Below are positions 12,907 to 25,500 of a stretch of 64,000 nt of DNA, piece after piece. The DNA lies in NCBI RefSeq assembly GCF_001949145.1, contig NW_019091361.1, positions 1,590,866 through 1,654,865 on the forward strand, written 5' to 3'. The position numbers were made by a program, and so were the translations under genes. How positions within the stretch are numbered: position 1 is the first letter of the stretch; each line of letters opens with the position of its first letter. The stretch is from Acanthaster planci (Eukaryota). The notes under the pieces are model-generated. The model ran no database searches. It saw only the letters and a list, made by a program, of their open reading frames with translations, and was not told where the DNA came from.

Positions 12907-15900
12907 GTGAGTCCATTTCTTTTCATATTTGAGTTTTCTGACAGATTGTTTTAAGTTCCATTTTAAGAGCAGAGTTTGTTGGGGTCCTGTACGTCAGAAA
13001 GTTCAAGGGATGATGAATTTAATGCAGCGTCTCCAAGCCTGAAACGTTTGGAATTTTGCAAAACCAAACTTAAGCCATTGTAAATTATATTTTACAATGC
13101 ATACACCTAATAGCCATTGCAATAATTTAAAAAAGCCATTCTTGGAAGGAAATTCCGATTTGAAACTGATGATTCAAAGATAAATCTGAGCGTCGACGCG
13201 AACAGAGTTTAGGCCTCTGCAGGAAGCTTGAAGGTAACACAATTGAATTAAATTTGGCAAGGGAACAATTTCTCCGCTTATCTGTAAGCTAAACGTCGGG
13301 ATAGCTAAGAAACTAAGAAAGCTAAGAACAGATGTTTTGTACCAAAGAGAAAATTCATTTACAATAAAAGACATTTAATTTGTAACCATAGATGTTGATT
13401 CCAAATTCACTAATTCCAAATGAATTATTAGAGAAAACAATTATGTAATGTGAATATTTTGTTAAATGCCAGAATAAGGCCATATTCAGATTTTCCTTTT
13501 TATGAATCCTGATAAATCGTCTTTAAAAACTGTTCTGAGTGCATCCCAGACGACCGCCTTTTAATTATATGTTCATGGAGCTTCGTCTGTCCACGTAGGA
13601 AATTGTATTGCATAACTTACAATTGAGTTTCACATTATTCCAAGACAGCCGCTTTCGGGGGGGGGGTGATTAAATACTCTGATCAAATGAAACCAGATGT
13701 GTCATCTGTTAATTGGAAACTTAGTTGATAACAACGAGAGAAGGAAAGAGGAATGAGCATTATTGCAGAACTTGACTTCAGTGATTAAAATAGTCAAGAA
13801 ATAGTTTAGGAGGAGACTTTGGTTTAGGTATTGGCTCTCACAAAAGGCGTTGAAACCGAACGGGCGTTTGTGAAGCTATAGCTTCTTGTAGTGAGCTAGC
13901 GTTGAGTAGTTTTTGATCCTGCTGTTCCATTTTGTTTCTTTAATTAGACCTACGATTTTTTGACCAGCCTTTGCTAATATACGATGGTTATAAATATAAC
14001 ATATAACATAATAAATAAATATAACAATATAAAAGGACAAATCTCTTGATTTTAATTCAATCAATGAACTGAAATTAAGTATTTTTGATTGTCCAACCTG
14101 ATAAAGATGACTTCGTGTTTTCCTCGTCTGTCAAAAACCACGAGACATTCCTTCTCGAATTCTTGGGGTGAATATTTCAGTCTTTTGATTCATAGGCGTC
14201 TTTACGTTTGACCGTTCTCTTGAAGAGAAGCACTTTGCCCCAGGATTTCAGCAATGTCTTTAAGGTTACATAAGCTGATTCGTACCGGTAAGCGGTGTAC
14301 AAATGATTCACCGATTGCCTGAAGAAGAAATATATAATTGTTTCGTTACTGAATGATTCTTTTGATTTGTCTAGTCTTAAAATACTTTAGCGATTGTACA
14401 CTATCCAATGAAGTCTACATGTTTATTTCGTAACTTTTAAACCCGAAACGGAAACAATTTCCCACCATTTTAAAACAAATAGAAATATATATTAAGTCTC
14501 TCTAGACGTAGACCTACTACAGAAATGAATTTTTAAAGATGAATAGTAGGCATGAGTAAAGTGATGAAGGGGTGTTGTAGTTTGTAATTAATTGAGACAA
14601 TTATAATTGAGATTATTTCTTGTCTCTCAAGTATTTTGGCTCCTCTTTTTGTAGTGTATGTATTTATCAGGAAGAAACCAGGTAAAATGTTCTCAAAAAT
14701 GTACTGCCTTTCAAAACGATCTATGGTATTGATAAAGATGCAAGCAGTTTCGCTTTTGATTAGGACTGTCCGTGAAGTTAAAATATGACAGACAATGTGT
14801 AAGTAAGTTCTTGAAGTGAAAGAACATTCAGTGTTATTCATAGAGTTTAATTAAATTTTTTTCCAGAGATTTTTTTCTCTTAAGCAATATCTTGAATTCC
14901 AAAAAAAATCTTTGAGATATATTTAGACATGCGCGATCAGGAAAAGCTCTTGCCATGTGCATTAAATAAGTTAAAAACGTTACATCTGGTAACTGGAATA
15001 ATAAATTTGTTCGAATAATCGATCTGCTATGTCAAGTACAGAACACAAATTACATTTCTGTTTTCTTTCTTTACTAGTCCGTAACCATAAGTTAGTATTT
15101 CACAACAAATTACGAATCTTTTATCTCTGGATAGCAAACATAACCTGTTGTTAAATAATTTACTTGCCAGGTTAAAATCTTTTAAACATAGCACACTGAA
15201 TCCTTCCGACATGTTCTTGTGAATCCATGAGGAGATAGCTTCAGATTTGCCTTTCTGGTGACGGTAAAAAAAAACATATGGCGCAAGACTGTAAAATGAT
15301 GAATCCTGTGATGCCTACACGTATCCATAAAATCAAAGCTGCCCAGTTTGGGCCGTTATATATGAGTTGACACTATGATAACACTGTCAATCCCAAGTAT
15401 TGGTTTTTATTGTACCTTCCCGTGCCCAGGTACCAATAGATGAACAATGTAAGCACAAGTATAAGCACAAGGCAGCTTGGAAAAGTATCGATTTCTGGAA
15501 GGTGGTAGCTTTTCTTGTCTATCGATCATTTTAGGCTCAGATTTCGCGCACTGAAAACGTGCGCAAGGTCAGGTCCTCCGACGTTAGACAGGATCGATCT
15601 ATTTAGAGCAATCCGGGGCAGTCATGCTTGGCTGGGGCTGTATCGCGTCAATATCTAGACGTTATAGAGGAAACCTCATACAACCGATAACCCAGGTCTC
15701 TAATCATACATCGTTTTCGTCGATATTGCCCTACTAAACCTCACTTTCGATCTGTACACTGCGTTACGCAAGGTAAAAGGCACATCGTGCAGAAAGTAAA
15801 ATTTACACATAGTGAAAGCTTTTGTGCCAACTTTCGCAATAAATTCTTTCACTTGGAAAAACTGCACAAAATTGAAAAGGAAGTCTCTGTGTGGTGATGA

Positions 15901-16469
15901 AAGTACTTGGAATAAATACTTTATGAAAACTAAACTGAACTTTTGTTTTACTGTTGCCCTTCTTATAGGCAAACTATAGATTTCACGAAAAGCACACACA
16001 TTTTTGTAATATGTTTCTTTTCTTCTCACTGTAATACGGTAGTGTTTTGAGTTTTGCCAAAACTAGTTAACGAAATGTAATTTTCCAGTCGATGAAATAA
16101 AACAAAGAATGTTGAGAAGGATATAATTTGATTATCGGTAACATCGGAACAAGAAGTGTAACTTTTATTATCGTGAATAACCAAAATACTCCAAATACTG
16201 AAAATCTTCACAATCACCTTTTGGTTATTCTCTTGCCAACATGATCCAAACATATTGGTACGTTGAAAAAAAAACACGCACTTGCATTCGCAGAAAGTAC
16301 TCGCAGTAAGTTTAGTCAATACGATGTCAAGAGGCTTAAGTCCGGACATAAATTCAAAACTCAAAATCGTACTGCGTAAGGAAAAATACAGAAGAGGTGA
16401 ATTTTTTCTTTCTAAATATTATTGTAGTTGGTACAACTAAACACGTTATAATGATGATTAAGTTTCCGT

Positions 16470-16820
16470 TATTTTTTTAAGTGAGCCGAGAGAAGCAAAG
16501 GAGACTCAGTTAGATCACGGGAAATGGTTAGGTGTTCTTGGCAGCTAGTTTTTTTACTGTGCTGGATCCTGAGATCGTCGTGCAGAAATACTTCCGCCTA
16601 ATGCACTGGGAATGAAATATTTGGCCCTTTAGCAAGTACATAATTATGGCGGATAAACTATTTTCGTTTTCCTATAGAAAAGTGAATTTTATATGGTTGT
16701 TGTGCCCTTCCCCAGCTGATATTTACCACTGAATGCTCGCAAGCACACTCGGGTGGGACGCGAACCCATGACCAACAGCCCACTAGAGAAGATGCCTTAC
16801 CACTCGACCACCGGGCTTAC
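16470..16820 (-). mobile_element. tRNA-derived SINE copy
   Basis: The minus strand has Pol III A box TGGTCGAGTGG (16810-16800) and B box GGTTCGCGTCC (16766-16756) in a tRNA-like head, followed by a ~270-nt body ending in an A-rich tail near 16470. Confidence 0.6.
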
Positions 16821-17898
16821 TGTGGTCGGTTGGCCGGTTCGAGTCAGATTAATGTCCTGTACTGCGGGTAAATGGGTCCACCCTTTCTAAGCAGCGTACT
16901 TTAGGGATGAAAACACTTCCACAACAGCAGAGCTGGAGCCTTATTTTTCTTTTTTATTCTGGTGCCAGGTAGTGGCCGCAGTCGTTGCACAAAGATGAAC
17001 GATTCCTCAGTGTCTCTTTCACACCAACTCCATAGTAACGTTGTTGGTTACAGTAAACACTCCGTATCGACTAATCTATACCGTGCGGTGACTTTGCGCA
17101 CAACTACCCCACACAGGTTCATGAAGAATTCAACCTTTTAAAAAGCACGAATTCTAACGCACTCGACCATATATTTATCAGACTCATACCAGAAAGCACA
17201 GTGAAATTTATGCCTCAGGAACCCTGAACTTCCATTATGCACTGACTTCAAAGCGTGACGGCCACACACGGACTGGTCTAGGGAGTGCCATTTAAGCAAA
17301 ACTGGTCTCCCGTTTGTCCTGCAACAAAGGAGTTTTCCTTTTCCCCATTTTGGAGAGAACGGTGGCTTAGTATTCCACGAGATAAGATCGATAAAAGTGT
17401 ACAGAGTTTTATTTCAATCCACGGTTCCCACCAACTGCCATTTTTCAGGAAAACATACCAAAAGCATCCGTAAAGCGAGGATGAAATAGGCTTAAAGGTG
17501 ATTATATTGTTACATTAAACCTGAATCTTATTTGTTTTATTTTTGTATACGTAAAAGAGATCTTTTCTAAAGATGGACATGACCAATTGTGTTTGATTAA
17601 TAATACGTCATAACTGTCAGTACATTTACTGTGCATTTTTACTCTCTACACTGAGATGTCCTTTCTAGACTGAATGACTACAAAATCTTTTACAAAGAAA
17701 CTGTTCAAAAACGTTGTGGTTAGTTGTAACAGGACACACACGAACGTGTCCGTAGGCAGTTAAGTCTGTTGTCACCTTAGCTAGAATTATCTTAACGGGA
17801 ATATTGGCACTTTACTTCTAAATCTTTGGGTCACACACATGTTCCTAGAAGCCCATCACTGATGTTGAAGCACTCCCCATTACACCGTAGCAGAAGAC

Positions 17899-18000
17899 TT
17901 GACGCAGACCGTCTTCGTGGCCGACGACCAGACCGTTGCTATGGGTACCACGCATTATGCACGGGGCCTGCTGGTCGTTGCTAAAGACGCCGTAGGTCAA
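17899..18000. repeat. ~100-bp imperfect hairpin (tiny MITE-like)
   Basis: ttgacgcagaccgtcttcg..cgacgaccag at the left pairs imperfectly with ctggtcgttgctaaagacgccgtaggtcaa at the right. Confidence 0.45.
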
Positions 18001-19558
18001 GGCAGGTGTTGCTTAATTAATGAAAATTGTTTTCACAATGATCAAGACATTTGTTGCCCATCGGCAAATGGTTTTACTCCATGTACATGTCTCTCAACAT
18101 TCCCTTTTTGAAAGATTTACGTCTAAACTCCAGAGAGCATGCGTGACTCGGTTAGTCTTGGCATCTCAATGGATTTTCTCCACGTTTCAATAATCTCCTT
18201 ATTATGATTATACAAGCGAGCCTCTTAAGTCGTTTGCTTTATCTTGCGTTTTGACAGCTCTTAACATAGTGCTGGGTGGTTCTTTAATTTGTACATGTAC
18301 TTTTCTTTAATTGCCAGCAAATTGCAGTTTCTCATATTCAATGGTCAAAATGGGTATAGTCATATAATCTATTTTTTTTTAGAATCTAGTCAAACACCTT
18401 GGTCAGGTCATCCTGCTTCGGTTACAATTAATTTCTTACTGGTGCTACAAACTTAGAATTTTCTCTCATTATTTTGTCCACATCTCTGCACACAACAGCA
18501 CTTTCGGTCCCACATACACATGCAAGCGTAAATGTACACCTTTCTGTCACGAATGTCTTTCATACAGTGCGTGTACTTCGGGGATAGAGGACACTGGTTG
18601 GTGATTCGGTGTAAGTTTCCTCATTAGATCTCAGTCAGCCGCTGGGGCGATTGGATAATGCCATCAAGAGTCGCAAAATCCCAGCCAAAGCTGGCTATCA
18701 TAACAAGGCAATTTTGTGTATAAACTCACTATCTGTGCACAAAAGTTGAAGCCTAGGGTGTTGAACAGCAAAATTGGTTATATGATTTCGGGAAGTACTG
18801 TTAAGGGCCTTCGTTTTTGTTGTATCACACTGTTTTTGGTTATTTCAATCAAAGTATGATAAAACCGCGGCGATAAGAAGACGAACATTGAAATGCAAAA
18901 ATGATATAATCGGTTCGTCCGCCTGTCTAATACTGCTTTCATTTGTTTCTTTGTGCTTCCACTTTCATGAAAGATGTGAAAATGTGTATATTCTTTATTT
19001 TTCCACCGATTATAAGGAGTTGTTCGAGCAAAACACAATATCTGCACGTGATATTGTATTCTTTTTATTTTTGACTCAACATCCTAGTCAAGAATTTAAA
19101 AATCTCACAATTGTGACGTAGGGCCATTTACGACATGTATATAAAGGGGGACAGACAACCACCCCATTTGACGGTTTGATAATGATGTTATTCAAAGAAA
19201 ATAGCCTCTGCGCCAACCAGTGGTCATGTTTACTCAGCAACTCGCCGAAGAGGGTTAGGGCAAACGTACAAACCATGCATTTTATCTTGTGAGTATGTTG
19301 CCGTATCGACATCGCCCTCTGCCTTGACGGGGGCATTGTATAATGTAACAATTAAAAGGAGAGAGGGATTGAATGTCCTACGTGGCCAGATACGAGTCTA
19401 ATATTTCGGTTTGTTTCTCCTATTTCTTTTCACAGATTTTTACCGCTAAAAGCGTCGGCATTTTCAAGCATTACGTCAAGGGGTTATCGAAAACGGCCCC
19501 TTGAACCCAGCTCGGGGCAGAGGTGGAAGCTAGTACTGCGGTAAGAAAATTCAGTCAA

Positions 19559-22500
19559 ATGGCCTCCATGTTTGCTTATGTTTCGTACATTGCACTGGTT
19601 GTGTTAGCTTCCGGTGTTTGGTCACAGGAAGAAACCGGCTCTCCTGCAGAGGAGGGTGTCACTTCGTCACCAGGCGACGCCAGTCCAGACTCATACTGGG
19701 AGGTCCAATGGAATGACACTGCCAGTCTCATTGGAAGCGACAGTGGGATCTTCTCTGTAGCCGGTCAAATCATTCCGGGCGTTGAAGTATCATCGCTCAT
19801 CGACGTTGCAGCTCGGTCTTGGAATTCTGGCACGGTAAAGCAGGCAGTCGGCGAAATCTGCGTGGCAGTTGGGCCTCTCGCATCTCAACTCTTGGGCAGC
19901 ACAGTCCAGGATGTATGTGAACCGGTTCTGGAGTCTCTACGCACTGGAGAACCAGTGCAAGGTGTATCTGATGTCTGCCAGGAAATCTGGACAGGGCTAG
20001 AAGAGAATGAATCCGATGACGACACGAGCCACGATCTGCCAATGTTACCGCATGACGATCAGTTAAACCAACCAGACGATGAAGCCAACCCTTTTGCTGA
20101 CGACAATTCCTCAGAGGACTCCAGAGGTTTCTGGAACGTACCAGGAATCGGTTACTTCTACCCAATTCAATTTCTAAAAGAAGTTCTCGGCTTCTCAGAA
20201 AACAATGCTGCCACCTGCATAAGACTTGGTAGCATAATTTATAACCGATCTCTCTCTGGCCGTGACCTGGTGCGAAACGTCACTTTCACAGGTCTCAAGC
20301 GGCTGATCCCACTTTCTCTTCTGTCCTGTGACGAGGCTGATGACGGGGAGGTTCATTTGGGTAAGCTACTTCTCCGGTTGTTTACCACCTTGTCTGGACG
20401 TGGCGACACCCAACAGTTCTGCCACGAAGCTGGGGAATTCATGTCCTCAGACAGGCTAGAAAACCAACTTGTCAATGAAACTACCTCCGCATTACTGAGA
20501 GCTCTCACTGATGACAGGAACATGTGTGTTGACGTCATAGGTCGGCTGGAGGAGTCTGGCTTATGGATGGGTTACCACTCAGCAATGGGCTATCCGTCGG
20601 TAGAGGAAATGTGTAACAACATTCAGCAAGTTTTACGAAGCCAAGATCAAGACCTCCAGGTTTCAGCGGATGCATCGAGTATGGCATTAGCTGGAGTCAG
20701 GATTCTTGAAATAGTACGGGCCGTAGGCAGCTTTTTAAACAGTGGTACGGTTCGTAATGGTTTTGTTGGGCTTTGCCAGTCGTTTAATGGGATGTCGAGC
20801 ACCGCTGATCGGATGATGTGTGCAGCATTAGAAATGGACACTCCAATCGAGCTCATCCAGCAATGCCTTGCTCTGTGCGGACAAAACCCAGAGGACGAAT
20901 CATTTTATCCCGATTCAGAAGATTCTAGGGAACCAACGGAGGGTTCTGGTGACCGCCGTGATCCGCAAGAAGGTTCGGAAGATTTTCGTGATACCGTGGA
21001 GCCTAGCGGTCCTCGAGATCCTGCAGAAGATTCTGGCGATCCTCGTGATCCAGAAGGCCCTTCGGGTGATTCCTATGAACCACAGAATGGTAGTGGTCTT
21101 CGTGATCCGACTGAAGGCTCTGGTGACTTTCGCCATCCAGCAGGGGGCGCCAGCGATCCGTCCGACCAAGGGGATGGCCCTAGAAATCCTCACAGTCCAA
21201 TGGATAATTCTGGTGACAATAACGATCGAGGCTCGGGTGATCGAGTGGAAACAGAAGGTCCCGATGATGATGTCTTTTCAGTTCCAGATGGTGATCCTTG
21301 GTGGTTCTCTGACAAACTCTTTGCCCATTTGAATGGGTTTTCCGAATTAGAACTTCTAAAGTCCTGGTTTTCTGAGTGGTTCGACAGCACAATCGGCTTT
21401 GATGACACAGGTCGGGATTCCTTGCCCGTTCCGAATGTGAAGCAGCTACTGGAGGCAATTTTTGATCTCCACGATTCAGATTCCCAAGCTATCTGCGAAA
21501 GGTTTGGTTGGAAAATACATGAAAATACTATGACTGTTCGGGACGTCACAATCAAGATCGTTGATAAAATTCTGGAATTTTTAGCGCAATCAGCCCCAGA
21601 GTTATGTGAAGGAGATTGGAATGATGGATGGGTCACTGATCGACCATGGTGGTTTCCGTCTGAGGGAGCAAGTGACGATCCCAACCATTCGCCAACACCC
21701 ACTGAACGCGAAGGCCCCTATCCAAGTTGGACCCCTACGCCAAGAGAGGGGAGCAGAGCGAGTGACTTCCCAGACCTATCCCCTAGTCCCGGGGATGGAG
21801 TAACTGACAAACCAATGTGGTCCCGAAGTCCCTATGACGGAAATGGCGACTCTCTAACATGGCCTCCTGGTCCAACTGATGGCGTAACTGACCGCCCAAT
21901 GTGGCCCCCTGGTGATCCAAACTGGTGGTTTTCCGAAGATTCGGGATCAACATGGGAGAGGGGACATTTGGGGCCATTGTCAGGTAGACTTGTTGCAAAA
22001 ATGTTTGCATTCTTGGGCGGTTTCCCTTCAAAGGAGGAGATGTGTCGAGAAATAAAAACGGAGTATTATGTTGACTCCATAAGACATCGCATTACTTCTA
22101 TGAGAGACAGGCTTCTGTCAATAACGTGGGATGAAAATTTCTGCGGTGCCTTTTTTGAAGTTGTCAACACAGAGATGGATCTTTTCGACCGCATGGATAG
22201 AACCTTTCCCGATGCAGCTAGTATGTGTGGCAAAATAAAATATGCCTTCAGTCGTCACAACTCTGAATCATTGTCAGATTTATTTACTGGTGATTTCGAC
22301 GAGCCACAACTTGACCTGGTCGGATTTATTTTAATAGCAGGAAAATTGTTCAATGCTACGATCAGAGAAGCCGCCCTTTTCCCATGCACTGTATTTGGTG
22401 GTACTCGTTTCGACAGCCTAGAGCTTGAATGGGAGTGTAGTCTCCTATCTGACCCAGACCCAGCTCCACTGATTGAAGAGTGCAAAAATTTCTTCGATGA

Positions 22501-25500
22501 CGGCCGATGGTTACACACCATTTACAACATCGACAGTTGGTGGCCAATTTTTTTCCCGGCATATGGAAATGACATTAATGGTCGATTGGGTCCTAAAATC
22601 ACTGACTTGTTTGATGGCATGCTAATGTTCAGGGATGATGTTACCACTTTGTTCTACAACTTGTTTGCTTCTCATCCACGAGCCTCACCAGAGCAAGTTT
22701 GCGAGAACGCCGACAGATTCGTTGCAAATGACAACTTCACTATGCGTGCCGTGTTTGATAAAGCCCTTGCTGCTACTCTGCGTTTCTTTGTTCATGCTTC
22801 GCCCCAGCTATGTTATGGAAATAAACCAACACCATCCGTTGTACCAACACAAACACAACCTTACCCATCGAGTGAGATGCCACCTTCAGCAAGGACCATC
22901 ACAGCCGGTTTCAACATGAACACTGACGATGAAGCATCATCTAGTTTCTTTAAAGCGCTATTCACCTTCTTAGGACATTATGAGAACAGCGAAGAATACT
23001 GTAGCAGGTCTATAGAGGCTACCACTGACGAAGCAAACCCCGCACTGGTTGATGGTATGGTAGACATCATGAAAGAAACTGTCCACAACTTGATGCAAGA
23101 TGTTGACATCTGTGAAACATTCTTGGACATTATGGAAGAGTCTCTTGATCTTCAGGACTCCTTTGCCAATTTATCTGGTTTTGGCCGCAACCGTGACTTT
23201 TGCGAAACCACCGTGGAATCATTTGATCCTGCAAGGAAGGTTAACATTGATATCTCAGCAGTGGAAAATCTTCTTCAATTTGATGATTTCAATGAGATAG
23301 GGGACAATTGGGGCGTTGTAAAACAAGAGATTCTAAAACTGGCAGGACGCTTGTTAAATGCTGGAACATTCAAAGACGTTGTCAAGGAGGCGTGCAGTAT
23401 CTTCAACCAGACTGGCAAAGTAGGTGCATTCCTGGGAGAAGATTTCATGCCACTTTGTGATTGGGCAAGGGAGCCTCAGGGAGGCAGTGACTTCCTGGGG
23501 ATTTGCCTGTCGGTTGTAAAATATCCTTGGGATGGCCATCCTGATACAGACAATGAGCATTCTGATGACAGTTCCGAGAACGATGAATTTCTTGAATGGT
23601 TGCGGTTCATCCTACGTAACGAAGACCTTACGTATGGTGAATTTGTGGCTTGGGTTGAAGAAACCTTTGGATTTGACATATCAACGGATGAGCAAGTATG
23701 CAACAATGCCAAAGACATTATTTCTAATGAAGACATGTCCATTCCTGTCATTGTCGACAGCGGGATGGATGTAGCTCTGAGATTATTGGCACACGCATCT
23801 CCTTGGCTGTGTGACAGTGGACCAGCAGCTCCAACAGCATCTCCTCCATTCACCTCTACTCCGATGCCCTTTTGGACAGAATCCCTCCATGCAGATATGC
23901 CTGAGGAATTCGATCCCTTAAAACTACTGGGAGACGTGTTCAGCTTTTTCGGAAATTATAACAACAGTGATGAACTCTGCCGGGATTCAATCGCGGCTGT
24001 GGCTGAAGGTGCAGACCCAGCTCTTTTGGACGGTATGGTCAACACATTCAAAGAAGCTATGTACTCTATCATGAGAGATGCAAGCTATTGCACATCGTTT
24101 GTAGACTTCCTGCAAGAGTCTCTCCAGCTTCCATTTTCCGTTGGCGACATCACTGGCTTTGACAACAATCAAGGACTTTGTGAAGCAATTAGCCGAGCGT
24201 TCGACCCAACGGTTGAAGAGGAGATAGATTTGTCCGTATTCCGTATGCTCATCTATCCCGACTCTGCGGGCACAGAGACACGACCTGGCGCCACCCAGCA
24301 ACCTGATGGAGAGTCTCCCATAATTCCCCAAGAGTGGCAGAACTTCATCAGAGAAATGCTGAAGGTTGTAGGGCGACTATACAATTCCGGTACAATCACT
24401 GAGGCAATTGGCACCTCGTGTGGCCTTCTCGACGACGCCGAGATTGACATTGGCAGTTTGGTTCCAGAACTTGGTCAAGTCTGTGATTGGTCTCGAAGGG
24501 GATCCGATCTTCAAGAATTCTACGATTTCTGCATCGAGTTTGTTGATCTACCCTGGGACCCAACTCCAGATGATTACTTCCCCGATGATCCAGATGACGA
24601 ATTCCTGAATATCCTGAGATACCTCTTACAAAATGAGGACCTCACGTACGGTGAATTCGTGGCTTGGGTTGAAGAAACCTTTGGATTCGACATATCAACG
24701 GATGAGCAGGTGTGCAATAATGCCAAAGACATTATTTCTAATGAAGACATGTCTATTCCTGTCATTGTCGACAGCGTGATGGATGTAGCTCTACGATTAT
24801 TGGCACACGCATCTCCTTGGTTGTGTATCAGCGGACCAGACGATCCAACGCAGGCTCCGCCCTTCAATTCAACTCAGATCCACCAAATGGTTGAATCTGT
24901 CATGCAGAATGTCAGCATGGACATGACTGAGGAATTTGATCCTTTGNNNNNNNNNNNNNNNNNNNNNNNNNAGCCGAGATTGACATTGGCAGTTTGGTTC
25001 CAGGACTTGGTCAAGTCTGTGATTGGTCTCAAATGGGATCCGATCTCGAAGAATTCTACGATTTCTGCGTCGAATTCGTTGATCTGCCATGGGGTGAACC
25101 CGATGCTCCTGTGTGTAGTGATGGTTGGTGGGCCACTTTCCTTTTCCAAACTGAGTTCGATTTTCATTTGGACACAGATGAAGAAGCTGGACCTGGGATT
25201 GCACCACAACCTTCTTCCCCCGAGGAAGAATCGAGGACTCGTTTGTTTGACAGTGTAGTTGAAATATTGTACAGACAACTTGGTGGTGATCCGTATCTTG
25301 TTTGCGAAACGTTTGGATCCCTCCTTCTGGCAGACACAGCAGATGTGTGGGAGTTTGGAAAGTCTATGGCCAGGAATATTTTCAATTCATTTTTCTCAAG
25401 TGAAACACTGTCTGACAAATGTTTACGTTATTACCGTAACGAGTCCTCGTCTGGTATTAGCCCATCAGGATTCATGGTCTTTGACGAGTCAGAGAGACTC

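Noticed and set aside
16746..16818. Functional tRNA genes here and at 33741-33815
   Set aside because: A/B boxes are present, but I could not fold a convincing cloverleaf, and both run into SINE-like bodies with A-rich tails.
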